From: Octopus sinensis
Lineage: Eukaryota
Length of the DNA: 64,000 nt
Direction of reading: 5' to 3'
Assembly (NCBI RefSeq): GCF_006345805.1
Contig: NC_043004.1
Location: 45,446,001 to 45,510,000, forward strand
Both the position numbers and the translations under genes were made by a program. Of the stretch, positions 40,493 through 54,020 are shown one piece after another; within the stretch, counting starts at the first letter, position 1, and each line of letters opens with the position of its first letter. Under the pieces are notes generated by a model that was given only the letters and a program-made list of their open reading frames with translations, was not told where the DNA came from and ran no database searches.

Positions 40493-40641
40493 CTTCTCCC
40501 TTTCTGCGTTTTACTTCTAATAGACTAGAAGTAAAACGCAGAGAGGAGGAAGCAAAGAAAAGGTAACGATCTTATTACTCTACCTCTGGTATTTGAGTAC
40601 TCTTTTTTCCACCTTGTTTCACATTTATGTGCTTACCCCAG

Positions 40642-40678
<37 letters not shown>

Positions 40679-42509
40679 GTCTGTCTGTCTGTGCACAGAT
40701 ATGTAATACAACTTCTGATATTGGTTGAATATCAAGATCATCTTCTTGGACCTTTCAATAGAATTCTGTTGCAGCTTTCCTTGTAGCCTCTTCTCTCTTC
40801 TCCTGGTTCCACTCCCACACCACTTGCATGTCATCAAGCTAGGCTTGAATCACATCAATCTCACTCGTACAGGAGTGAGTCTGCCAAAGCCGTGGCCTTC
40901 GCTAACTCTCTGCTCCTCACTAAGATCAAAGGCCTTCAAGCTACATGCTAAAACTGAAAGGCTGGAATACCTTTGATCGTTACTCTGCATGACCCAGGTT
41001 GACTTAGGACTAATCAACAACAACAATAACAAAAGAATGACCACCACCATCACCACTATTTCCTCAGCAAAACTAAATATTACAACAGCAAATCTTCACT
41101 GAATTGAAGGACAGACTTATGTAATATTGATAATACAGTATCTGACCAATTATTCAGCAAGCTTGGGGCAAGAAGCATCTTGGATTTCTAAATTTTCCAG
41201 ATTTCTGGAGACCATGTAAATGTAGTGAAGACATGTGGCCTAGTGGTTAGGTTGTTACCCTCACGTTCGCTAGATCGTAGGTTCAATTCCCTGAGTGGGC
41301 AGTGCGTGGTGTTCTTGAACAAAACACTTCATTTTACATTATGCCAGACTCCCTTTAGATCAGTGGAGAATGTTGGCTGGCTCGCCTAGCCAGTAGCATG
41401 GTGTCATTTGTAGACCAAGTGACTACCTAGTAGCTTTTATCTTAGTTCAATATCAAGGCTTTAGTGTATTGCTAATCACTGTACAAGCATTGATGATGAA
41501 AGAAAGAAGCTAATCTTGGCTACATTCAAATGTCCTAACTCAAAGGTAGAAATCCTCTAAATTCTGCAATACATTAACTCTGACACTATATTGTTGCAGT
41601 CCTCTCCAAAACAATCTGAACAATAATTAAGTTAGATATTTGTAAGTTTAATAAACAAAATTTGATCATAGCAAACTCTATAAGCTTGTGTTTAATTTTA
41701 AGGAAAGCCTCTCAGTTGACTAAGAAACAGAGTTAACATCTGAAGGTTTGTTTGCAAGCCAGAATTTTCTGTTAGGGTAAACACAACGCTATACACATTG
41801 TAAATTTATTCAGCAAAATTTGTTCGTTATTATTAATTCTGATTGTAATAAGGAATGGTAATTTAAGTTCACGATTTCTTTCTCTTAATTTTACATTTAA
41901 TTTTATTTTTTAATTTTTTAATTAACTTGAAATTTCAAATCGATTAAACCACACTCAAATCGGAAATGATGAAAAATATGAAATTAAAATTATAAAGCTT
42001 AAATTGTAATTTTTACTTAAAAAAATTTAATATTTCTTAAAAACTGCAGATATCTTTTCCTTTAGAAATCAAATTTTGGGGACATTTTGTTTTTCAGAAT
42101 ATCTCCTATTATTATGATTCAAGGTTAAAATTTCAATTATAATTTAAAATTTTGTTTCTGTCACTATCCCTTTCATAACAAACTTAATTTTGATTTATGG
42201 AAGCATTTTAGTGCTACCTGTTGGTGGTGATGATGGGGTTGATTCTTAGGGTAGTGGAGTGGATCTTTGTTTCTTTATCTTTTATTTCTTTACTTGCCTT
42301 AGTAATTGGACTGCTGCCATGCTGGGACACTGCCTTGAATGAATTATCCACAGTACCTATTTTTTTTAAAGAATGGTACTTATTTTATTGGTCTGTTTGG
42401 TTAAACTGCTAAGATATAAAGGATGTAAACAAATCATCATCAGTTGCCAATTTGTGTTAGGGAACAAATAGAAAGGCGCACACACATATATGATGGGTTT
42501 CTTTTAGAT

Positions 42510-43246
42510 AGGAGATATTTGCGGTCCATATAACATCAGGACAGTATTCAAAAGTAATACAATGCTTCGTAAATACATTTGAATACTGTCCTGATGTTAT
42601 ATGGGCCGCAAATATCTCCTTCGGTTAAAACCACCAATAGAAGAGAATGTGACCAAAAACTGCGTGTACTCCATCCCATGCAGCTGTGGTAGGTTATACA
42701 AAGGCGAAACATGCCACCCCTTCAATATAAGGGTAAAAGAACATCTTAAAGCTGTGAAACGAGGAGATATTGATAAATCAGGTATAGCTGATCATGTATG
42801 GAAAAATGGAGACCACCTCCCCCCTGTGGGGTGAAGTTAAATTAATAGATAGAGAACACCACTCGAAAATAGGAAAACTAAAAGAAGCAGCAAATATACT
42901 AGGATGCAACAACCTCCTAAACAGACCGAGTGCAGATATGAGCAGCATATGGGAACCGGTATTAAGGAAGGATAGGAAAATATTAGATTTATAAGCCCTA
43001 AAATTCACTCCATAATTGCCCTCAGGCATATGGGTGTAGTGGTTAAGAGTTCGATTCCAGGCAGTGACCTGAATAATAATGATAATAATAATAATAATAA
43101 TAGTAACATCAAAAAATACTTTAGGAATGAGAACCCAGGTTCAAAATTTCCCCAAGGCACCTGATGAAGGCAGGAAGGTATATCAGCTGAAACAGTGTGT
43201 TAACAAACAAAATGAGGACAAATATCTGTCAAATGTAAATAATGTG
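42510..43246 (+). mobile_element. Penelope-like retroelement 3' end (GIY-YIG, tRNA-like segment, hammerhead-like tail)
   Basis: NCVYSIPCSCGRLYKGET...RVKEH...SGIADHVW, then frameshifted WGEVKLIDREHH...KLKEA: the PLE GIY-YIG signature. Confidence 0.85.
43157..43201 (+). ncRNA. Degenerate hammerhead ribozyme-like motif in the PLE tail
   Basis: GCAC CUGAUGA A GGCAG..CAGCU GAAA CA GU GUGU: intact CUGAUGA and GAAA, stem I GCAC/GUGU, decayed stems II and III. Confidence 0.5.
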
Positions 43247-43254
43247 GTATAGGA

Positions 43255-43910
43255 ACTGTTTCGGTATATAACTTGAGTCTAAAGAATTTCTCCAGAGGTT
43301 AGTCAGAGGGACTGCAAGTTGGTGCCTACATTCCTTCAGGAGACTAGTGGGGAATCTATCAGGGCCTACAGCAGAATAGTATTTGACCTCATTTATTACT
43401 GCTGTGATGTCTGAGGCAGTGAAGGTTATGTCCGAGATTTTATATTGGGAATCAACTTTGTTCGCTTTCCTTACGTCAATATCAGTGGGATCACTAAGAC
43501 AGAGCAGTATTTTTTCTTCAGTATTTCTGCTATTTCTTTAGCATCGTGTTAGGGAATGCCATTATCATCGATCGATGAACCAATGGGTGAGACAGCAGTC
43601 CTCTGCTTATTTGCATAAGAATAGAACACTTTTGGGTTCTGTTTGATGTTTTTGATTACCCACTGTTCCTCTGCAGCTCTTTGATTTTCAATGGAGGTTT
43701 TCACGTCGGTCTGCAGATGAAGTTTTTCCAATTCCAGCCTTTTCATTATTGTTGAATGTGAATGTTGTATGTGGGAGTATTTCAATTGGTTGATTTTTTT
43801 ATTAAGTCTTTTGATGCACCTGACGAGTGGTCTTTTTCTTTCTAGGGAGTCTGTTTCTGTTTGTGTTAGTGGGTTTCGTAGGAGCGTGTTTTGAGCATGT
43901 ATAGGTGACA
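43255..43910 (-). mobile_element. CR1-like LINE ORF2 internal fragment
   Basis: IKQNPKVFYSY...IGSSIDDNG...KEIAEIL...SAVGPDRFPTSLLKECRHQLAVPLTNLWRNSL. Confidence 0.85.
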
Positions 43911-44934
43911 ATGTTCTCAAAGTACTGCCATGCAGTCCCAATGTGAGTGGCACTGAGAATGAAGGACCAGTCGATGAAGGATACCAGCATCAGTTGTCAG
44001 ACGATGGTGGGGGGAACAAACACAGTCACACAAATACACACACATGTATGCACATACACACACACACTCACGCATATACATACATATACATATATACAAG
44101 AAGCTTCTTTCAGTTTCCGTCTGCCAAATCCTTTCATCAGGTTTTGGTTGGCCCAAGTCTATAGTAGAAGACACTTGGCCAAGGTGCCACACAGTGGGAC
44201 TGAACCTGGAAGAATGTGGCAGGGAAGCAAGCTTCTTACCACACAGCTACTATATAAAGATAGATAGGTAGATGAATAGATAGATAGATAAGCATGTACA
44301 TAATAAAAGATAAGCAAATATTACTGATTATGTACTGGTCTGTACTGAGAGAATGGTATAGAAATAATGAGATGGACGATAACTTTGAGGATGTGCAACT
44401 TTCAATATTATAATAGTTTCTTTTTTTTTTGGTTTGTCTTTTCTTTTTTTTTTTGGTTTGGTTTTTTTGTTTTTTTTTGTAAAGTTAGTTATGATGAAGA
44501 GACTCTAAGGTTATATACCTTAGTTTGCATAAAGTATGTAATGATCTTAATTGAATATCTCTTACCTCATGCTATCATTATGTCATCTTGTCATGATTAA
44601 GGAATTCGACCCAGCATGGCAAGAGAAAGAGAGAGGGAGAGGAGTGAGTGAGAGAGACAAAAAGAAGAAGAGGAAGAAGGAGGAGAAGGGAAGGAACTGG
44701 AGCAAAATAAAAACTATGAAAGAAAAAGAGAAAAGAAAAATACAGTGTTAAGAAGAAGAAAGACGAGAAGAGAATGGAATAAAGAAAATTGAGAAAGTGA
44801 GGCGACATATTCTGCATAGACAGACTAATAAAAGAAATACTAATTTAAGATTATGATTGTTAAGCAAGTTTAAGAATAACAGACTCATGTTGAAAATAGA
44901 ATAAAGTTTATTCATTTCTTTATATTTTACACCT

Positions 44935-45312
44935 GTTAGTCATTAGATTGCGACCATGTTGGGGCACTGCCCTGAAGAATTTTTAGTCGAATGAATCGTC
45001 CCCAGAAATTATTTTTAAAGCCTGATATTTATTATATTGGATCTGTTGCCAAATAGCTAATTTCTAGGGGAAAAACAAATCAACATCAGTTGTCAAGCAG
45101 TGGTGGGGAACAGATACAGACACACGCAAACACATACACACACACACAAAGCTTCTTTCAATTTCTGTCAGTCAAATCCACTCACAAGACTATCGGCCTG
45201 GGGCTGTAGTAGCAGGCTCTTGCTCAAGATGCCATGCAGTTGGACTGAACCCCCCCCCCCCCCGAATCATGTGGTTGGGGAGCAAGCTACTTACCATACA
45301 GCCACACCTGTA
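44935..45312 (-). mobile_element. SINE family A, diverged
   Basis: Reverse-complement match; further partial copies at ~9110, 42300, 43960, 45900(+), 55100, 60850, 61700. Confidence 0.75.
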
Positions 45313-45369
45313 CCTATAAGATTATAAAATTCCTTTTGACTGAAACTGTGGGTTTAACCTGACAGCTTA

Positions 45370-45890
45370 TTTGGTCAATTTCTTTACTAACCCTGAGGTT
45401 GAGAAAAAGTGGGGATGATACGAGGACAAACATTGGGGTCAGGGTATTCAATGAGACAAAACATATGAATAAACAAACAATTAAAATATATACAATTAAA
45501 TGGGAATGAGTGATTTACAAAAACTGAAGCAGAGGACGCGGTCAACCCCACAAACCACATACTCACACTGAAGACTTTGCTTTCTCCTTTTTATACTCTG
45601 ATTTAAACAGGTTCTTTCACTCACAACATACTTGCAATAGACTCCCATCTTTTACGAAACACACTTTGTGACAAGCAATTCCTCTCCAGCATTATTTTCC
45701 GTTTCATGTGGAAAACGAAAAAGTCGATTAGCTCGAGACGGGAGATGAACATGCCTGTTGCAATTCCTTTCACTCTCGTCTTCCATACTACCTCTTTCGC
45801 AACAGCAACTACCAAGAGAAAACAGGCTTGGTCAGCGGTTGAATTTATTGTTGGATGAAACTTTGCTCTTTTGTTGTTATTCCTCTGCTT
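45370..45890 (-). mobile_element. Tx1/L1-clade LINE 3' end
   Basis: VAVAKEVVWKTRVKG...FFVFHMKRKIMLER...FRKRW resembles Tx1 ORF2 C-termini, followed by a T-rich 3' UTR. Confidence 0.6.
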
Positions 45891-46258
45891 GAGTGCCTTT
45901 CTTTCAGTTCAAACTCATTGCACTATGGACAAGTGTCTTCCACTATAGCCCCAGACTGAATAATGCTTTGTAAAGAGATTTAGCCAACAGAAACTGTGCA
46001 AAAGCCTGTCGTGTGTGCTGCTTCATTACCAGCATGGGTTTGTTTGTAACCTAGCAGTCTGTCAAAAGATTAAAAAAAAAAACTGATAGAATAAGTTCCA
46101 GATTTTAAAAATAAGTATGGGTGGGTTGACTTGATCAACTAAAATTTTTCAGAGTGGAGCCACAGCCTGGACATAGTCCATTGACTGAAACAACTTATAA
46201 ACAACACAAAACATGCAATCATTATTGTGCATTATCTAAACCTTAAATTATAAATTTT

Positions 46259-46456
46259 GTGGAGGCACGTGGCTTAATGGTTAGGGTGTCAGCACCATGA
46301 TCGTAAGATTGTGGTTTTGATTCCTGGACCGGGCGACGCGTTGTGTTCTTGAGCAAAACACTTCATTTCATATTGCACCAGTCCACTCAGCTGGCAAAAA
46401 TGAGTAACGCTGCAATGGACTGGCTAGGCTTTAAAAGGGTGCATTTATTTTATTTT
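46259..46456 (+). mobile_element. SINE family D, internally deleted
   Basis: 15-bp TSD TTAAATTATAAATTT; matches 25212-25462. Confidence 0.85.
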
Positions 46457-46585
46457 TTAAATTATAAATTTAAAAATCTGTGGAGCATTTTTTAAGAACT
46501 ACTTATTTATGTGGTTGAGAGATCTACCAGAAATAACCATCGTATTTCACTCAAACCATATTCTTTTTTTTTTTTTCATCTTTAG

Positions 46586-46805
46586 CCCTTTAGTATTCAG
46601 ATTACGCTGTCAAGTGTGATGTTTATTTATTCTCGTTAATATGAATTAGTTATGCATTGTCTTGTAGCTAAAAGATTTTCCTGGTGTGATTGTTTATTTT
46701 TAGAATGACATTGTAAAGTTGGTATGAGAGGCCATATTTGGCCAGTTTTAACATAAAACTGGTAGAATATTTAGACTGGATGTGGCCAGTTTAAATGCTG
46801 AAAGG
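46586..46805. mobile_element. piggyBac-like MITE, uninterrupted
   Basis: CCCTTTAG ... GAAAGG|TTAA; related copies at ~6930-7137, 16837-18017, 62826-63752. Confidence 0.75.
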
Positions 46806-49800
46806 TTAAGAACCTCTGAGACTAGTGGGATGGAGGGGCAAAGGTATTTTCAGTCACAGACGTAGCCCATATGCTTGCAATAGAAGTAAAGTAAAGTAAC
46901 CCAAAGTTTTTTGGTGTTGTTAAACTGGAATACACGTTAAGTCTATCAGCCATGTAGAGCCACGGTGTGATTTGAACTCAGAACATATTGAACTGGAACA
47001 GATACTGGTGATCTTCCACTTTCACTAATCCACCACACTCTATTGGGGCTTTTCATCAAACCCCATGAAAGGATGAAATGGAAAGTCAACTGTGGTTGGA
47101 TTTGAATACAGAGCACAGGCAAGTCAAAAGAAACATGGCTGGGCATTCAGTCTAATGTTTTAAGAACTTTGGCAATTCAACACTTTTAGTAAAAATGGTA
47201 AAAAGTATGTGGGGTGGGGGGCAGAGGGAAAGAGAGAGAGATAGACAGACAAAAACAAAGTGCATGCTAGTAATAGTTACACTGTGTCTGATAAAAGGTG
47301 GTATGGCCATGGCTAGAATGCCTTGACCAGACCTAAGCAAGATGGTGGTAGTGATTGTGTGGTGGTGGTGGTGGTGGTGGTAGTAGTAGAAGCAACAACA
47401 ACAACAATAGTAGCATCACCTTCATTTTATTCATCTATATTTTTCATTTTCTTTTAACGAGCCACAGCCATAACGATGGCTGCATTTTTCACTTGCATCT
47501 TAATTATACATCATTCAGGTGTCTTTATGGCCAATTTGCCATTATTCTTTCTTGAGGAGGTGGAAACTTTCAGTTGATGCTAGAATTATCTGAAAAATGT
47601 TCTCGCATGCTCACATCTTAGGCAGTTTTTTTCTTTCTTTCTTTTTCCTTTTTATCCATTTGAGATGTGATATTAATAATGTTACGTTGGAATGTTAACG
47701 CATTTAACCTTTTTCTTCGCTTGCTTCTAACTATGCTACGTTTTTCTTCCTTTTCTTTTTATTTTAATAGTCCATACTCTGATATCTATCTGTCTATTAG
47801 TTCACTAATTCCTCTGACTTCGGTGCTATCCATGTTCACTATAAATGTTGGCGACAGAGTTACTACCAATTCCTTTCTTTGTCGGTTCAGTTCTATCACA
47901 TGGACTTTGCTCATGCTAAAGCATTGTCTCGAAGGGTTGTTTTAGTAAATAATATATGCCTCTGTTCTTAGTGTTTACAAGTTTAGTGCTTATTTCATCA
48001 TCCTCAGTTTGTTTACCTTCTAAACTGGGAAATATAAATAAAGACCACTGATTTATAAGCTGTGTCAATGTCTAGACTCACACACAGGAACATATTGTCT
48101 GTATTTCATTTCCTCTCAGGACTACTCTGTTTAAACGACAGATTATTTAAAAGTTAGAGATTTTCACATGATGTTCAAATACCAATTTTTTTTTAATCAA
48201 ACATTCCAGAAAGAATTGTAATTCACTCAATTTAAGATGCTAGTACTCAGAATTGAAGTCTTGTTCGAAAAGTGCCGTGCACGAAATTCTCTGCTCTTGA
48301 GTCATTTTTGTAACTTTTTCTGCTTAAATATATCATCATCGGAGATGTACTTGCATAGCAAGTGATTTGATCTGAGATCGTGTGCTGAAACGGAAACAAT
48401 TGCAGCATGGATTTTTGTCAGTGAACAGGTCGCGGTCTTAAAGCGACGAAAATATTTTGACAAATTAAACTTAAATGTTGAAGTGAATCGAACGGCTTTT
48501 ATGTGTTTCTTAAATGGCTTACAAACACCTTCCATGCTGCAGTTATTTATATCATTATCATTATCATCTGTTGCACCTATGTTCCATTCTGACATGGCTG
48601 TATGGTCAGACGGGTTCTGATGTCTCCAAGGATTGCATTGTGCTCCTGTGTCTGCTTTGGTAGGGTTTCTACAGTTGGATGCCCTTTCTAATGCCAATCA
48701 CTTTACAATGTGTACTGGATGCTTTTTGTCATACCACCAACATGAATGAGGTGGCCATCCAACTTGAAAGACTATGAACTATAAGGTGGGCATGAGGTTT
48801 ATGCCAGGAGTTGAGATGGGGGTTAAAGTGTGAGGGAACTGAGCAATCAAGTTTCTTGCTGTCGCAAAACTGCATGATTATTCACGTTTAAGAGATGTTA
48901 AGTCAAGAAAGAAGATCCTATATACATACATACATTCATACCCACACACATGCACACACACATATATATATAAATTAAATTAGAGATAAAACCACTATTA
49001 GGCTACTCAAACAGTGATAGACATAAAAAACAAAAAATAAATATAATTAGTATAATATACAAAATATATATAAAATTTTAAATTTAAATTATTAAAATTT
49101 TAAATTTTTAAATTTATATTTATAAATTTTTATATTTTAAATTTTAATCCTAAATCTAATTTTTCCCTGTAAGTTTAGATATACTCCCTAATATTATTAT
49201 ATATATATATCTGACATGCTTCCATATAATTTATCTACCACATTTCACAGACTAGTCATTAGTCAGCCTGAGGCTATTGTGGTAGACAAATGGCATACAG
49301 TGGGATTGAAATCCAAGCCACATAGCTATGAAGGAAGCTTCTTAACCAAAGAGCCATTCTGAACAACCAATGTTTGTGTATATATATATGGATATTCATA
49401 AAAATGTCGTTTAGTTTTAAGTCAGCCCAAGTCACAGTTATTCTAGCTGTGATCATCCTGTCTTTCCAGTTATAATGTATCTAAAACTGCAGAAGTGGAT
49501 GATTTAGAAGAGATTTAGTTGCTATATCTATCACAACTTCCTCATTGATTCAAACCTTTACTACATACATATACATACATACATACATACATCATACATA
49601 CATACATACATACATAGATGCATATATAATTTTGAAGACACATTGACATGTCGTTCTAAGATGACTCATTACTCTTTATTTTACAAGATTTAATATTTTA
49701 TCAGATTCACATACACACAATCAAAAGCACACATGTGCATACTCACATGCATGCAAGATAAAGACCGGTATGTTTTAGATTATAAAAGTTGATATGTGAG

Positions 49801-50274
49801 AACAGTCAGTGAGAAAATGGAAGACATGGAAAAGGAGAAGGAAGAAAAGGAAACAAGAAAAAAAAAACTATTCCATTTATATTTTAGGCAAAATAACAGC
49901 CAAAGTTTTGCTCTTCTGCGTTGTCTCTCTGTCTTCCCTCTCATAAAGTTAGTCAGATATTTTCTCAAAATATTCCGCGAAGACATCACATGCTAACTAA
50001 CATAAAGTAAATGGTTACACGTACACACCCACACATGTACACACGCATGCTGACGTATGTGCACATGTACACATACCACCGTATAAAAATATACCGTGTA
50101 AAAAAAAAAATTATATATATATATTTAAGAAAATATATGGACCATCAATCTAATTGTGTTCCTTCTGAAATTCTTTAATTAAATCAATTACTGATTAATA
50201 ATAGATTGCCAAAAGAAATTCTTTTACATTTTTAGATACATCATTCTTTCATCATCATCATCATCACCATCATT

Positions 50275-50307
<33 letters not shown>

Positions 50308-50814
50308 GCATTCTGCCTGATGCACTTTTGTTTTAATTGCTGTTGTTAGAGGAATTATTTCAACGTTGTTATTATTGTTGATTTTGGCATTTTTATTTTT
50401 TCATTTTAGCTTGTAAAAAAAAAACATCACCATCACTACCATCATTATCATCATCATCATCATCATCATCATCAACATTCTTATCTCATCAATATTGTAT
50501 TTTTTTAATGATCTTTCTCTGTTGTTAAACAATGAAGAACATGATTCAACACCATCAAATTCATCTTTATCTGTTGCTATATTATTATTATTATTATTAT
50601 TGTTATTATTATTATTATTGGTTTCAATTTTATACACAAGGCTAGCAATTTCAAGGGCGGTGGGGGTGAGGTAAGTTAATTACATCGGCTCTAGTGCTCA
50701 ACTCTTACTTAGTCCATTGACCCTAAAAGGTCGACTTCGCCTTTCGTCATTTCGGGGTCAATAAATTAAGTACCAGTGAAATACTGGGGTCTGTGTAATC
50801 AACTAGTCCCCTCT

Positions 50815-51018
50815 TTTACTTGTTTCAGTCATTTGACCGTGGCCATGCAGGAGCACCACCTTTAGTCGAGCAAATCAACCCCAGGACTTATTCTTTGTAA
50901 GCCTAGTACTTATTCTATTGGTCTCTTATGCTGAACTGCTAAGTTACGAGGATGTAAAGCCACCAGCATCAGTTGTCAAGTGATGTTGGGGGACAAACAT
51001 ATACACATACACACATAC

Positions 51019-51093
<75 letters not shown>

Positions 51094-51268
51094 CCTACAT
51101 ATATACAACGGGCTTCTTTCAGTTTCTGTCTACCAAATCCACTCACAAGGATTTGGTCAGCCTGAGGCTATAGTAGAAGACACTTGCCCAAGGTGCCACG
51201 CAATGGGACTGAACCCAGAATCATGTGGTTGGTAAGCAAGCTATTTACCACACAGCCACTCCTGCGCC
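50815..51268 (-). mobile_element. SINE family A, full length
   Basis: Reverse-complement match with an expanded (CA)n(TA)n. Confidence 0.9.
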
Positions 51269-51861
51269 TCACAAATTTGAGGCCGTGTGCCTCCAGTAGA
51301 AAAGACTGTTATGAATATTATTATTATTATTATTATTATTATCATTATTATTATTATGGGTGGTGGTGGTGGTAGTAGTAGTAGTAGTAAGTTGGCATGC
51401 TGGCAAAAATTTTTAGCACATCAGACAAAACACTCAGTGGCATATCTTCAGTCTCTTTACATTCTGAGTTCAAATCCTGCTGAGATCAACTTTGTCTTCC
51501 GTATCCTCTCAGGTCAGTACAATAAAGTACAAATGAAGTACAGGGGTTGATGTAATCAACTAGCCCAACCCCACACCACAGTTTAAGAAAAAAAATTATC
51601 TTATTATTTCAAAAGCTGTTACATACTATATTAGCTAGCAGGTGTGTTGTTTTGAGTTTTGGTGGCGACAAATGTCTTCAGATCTCAAGAACCTTTCTAA
51701 GGAATCTTGCAGATCAAATATTGCATTTTTACCGCAGGTTGACCTTGTAAATTTCAATTCTAATATCCTTCAGCTTCTTACATAGCAGTTTGGGTGCTGT
51801 GCCAAGTACACTAATTACCATGCGAATAATTATCATCTTACTCTTTCACAATCACTTCATT

Positions 51862-51894
<33 letters not shown>

Positions 51895-51907
51895 ATTTCT
51901 CTCTCTA

Positions 51908-51947
<40 letters not shown>

Positions 51948-52059
51948 CTGATATTTCTTATTTTCTTTTTCAATAACTTTGATACATACTCATTTAATAT
52001 ACAGTATTGCAAAGTCTATGGTGTTACACAGTTTGATTATTATTATCATTATCATCATT

Positions 52060-52421
52060 TCCATATATATAAACTGCAAAATGTCTGTGTGTGTGTCCTT
52101 TATACAAATCCACAATTTTTCACTTAGAGGGCTTGTACTTTCTATGGTCATTCAAAACCGTCCAAGGGTGGTCGTGCACATCTTTACATTTCCCCAGTCA
52201 CCCCACAAAGCTATTAAAAAATCAATAGAAGTGACTTTTTTGTGAATTTTCTATCCAAAACCCAATGAAAATGCCTGAAACTTGATACGCCAATTGAATG
52301 CCAGCTAGCTGTATGTGATTGGTCGGAGGTTTGGACAGTACTCGCGTGTGTGTGCGCACGCATGCAGCTGTATATGCATGCACTAGCACTATGACCCGGC
52401 AACGCCGGGTCATAGTGCTAG
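52060..52421 (+). mobile_element. Non-autonomous Helitron
   Basis: 5' TCCATATATATAAA; 3' CTAG|T within an 18-bp perfect hairpin. Confidence 0.75.
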
Positions 52422-52610
52422 TCATTATTATTATTAGTCCGTCTTTATATTCCAAGTTCAAATTTTGTCAGTGTTAACTTTGCCTTTCATCCTTTTAGGT
52501 TCAATAAGATAAGGCACCAGATGAACAGTGGGGTCAATGTAATCGCATTAGCCCCTTAACTGAAACTGCTGGACTTGTGACAAAATTTGAAATTATTATT
52601 ATTATTAGTC

Positions 52611-52654
<44 letters not shown>

Positions 52655-53043
52655 CGTAGTAGTAGTAGTAGTTATCCATATTATACTTTTTTCCCCGCTT
52701 TTCGCTACCTTCAAATTTGAGTTGTCAAGTAAGATGGCAGATTTCTGGATGGAATCTTAGGTACAGAGCCACTCTCCAACAACACACCATAACCATAATA
52801 TAGAGCATCAGTTGCATTTCAGGCTTAATTAAGGTTCAATACCGTTCGCCCCTGTCAACTCTCATAGATGGCCGAGTCTTTCTGGTTTTTATTTAATGGT
52901 TTGTTTGTTTATATTAATCATGTCGTTGATTCTATGTCTTGTTTGTAATTATTCTGTTTGGAAAATATGTCAAAAATCATTAGTTTACGAATGTCATCAG
53001 TTATTTTGCTATAAAATATATGTGTATGCATGTGTGTGTGTGC

Positions 53044-53126
<83 letters not shown>

Positions 53127-53252
53127 TACATATATCCATTGTTTGTATATGTATGTGTGTATAAATGTTGATACGTATATATGTCCCTTTGTACATATGT
53201 GTGTTTTTGTCTTTGTATATTTATGTGTGTATATATGTATATATGCATGTGT

Positions 53253-53310
<58 letters not shown>

Positions 53311-53687
53311 ATAAAAAATCATTGATAATAAGCTATATCTTCAAAGTTAGATTTTAAACAATATTCAAAATGACATCAATATTTTGTCATGCTGTAAGCT
53401 AATTTTTATATAAAATGAAAATTATTGAAATTGAATATATTGTAATTTCATAATTGGAAACAGCTTATTTTTTCCGTTGTTGTTTTCACTCAATTTAGTA
53501 CAATACAGTTTTATTTTCTTTCCTATATTTTTATTGCAATTAATTTAACGAAACACATATAATAACACTTGTAGCCCGAATAAGCAGCTGGGAACCAACA
53601 AGTATTGACAAATATGTATAGAAGACGGGAGTAGCAAGGATGTAAAATATGCAGTGTCAATGTTTATAGTTTATACATCATCATTGG

Positions 53688-54020
53688 TGAGGTGCATGGC
53701 TCAGTGGTTAGAGCGTCGAGCTTACGATCGTGAGGTTGTGAGTTCAAACCCGGGACCGGGCTGCAAGATACTTTATTTCACTTCTTGAGCAAGACACTTT
53801 ATTTCACGTTGCTCCAGTTCACTCAGCTATTGCGATGTCACAGGTGCCAAGCTGTATCGGCCCCTTTACTTTTCCTTTGGATAACACTGGTGGCGTGGAG
53901 AGGGGAGGCCTGTATACATGGGTGACTGCTGGTCTTCCATAAACAATCTTGCCCAGACTTGTGCCTGGGAGGGTAACTTTCTAGGTGCAATCCCACGGTC
54001 AGTCATGACCGAAGGGGGTC
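53688..54020 (+). mobile_element. tRNA-derived CORE-like SINE with a distinct tail
   Basis: TGGCTCAGTGG A box, GTTCAAACCC B box, TTGAGCAAGACACTTTATTTCACGTTGCTCCAG core. Confidence 0.8.

Noticed and set aside
39926-40528. Longest ORF in the track (200 aa)
   Set aside because: A low-complexity CT-rich tract with no recognisable domain
48302-48697. 131-aa minus-strand ORF
   Set aside because: The N-terminal part is a family-E repeat, and the rest has no recognisable similarity
49060-49150. AAATTT-rich quasi-palindromic tract
   Set aside because: Nearly pure A/T low complexity, so self-complementarity is expected
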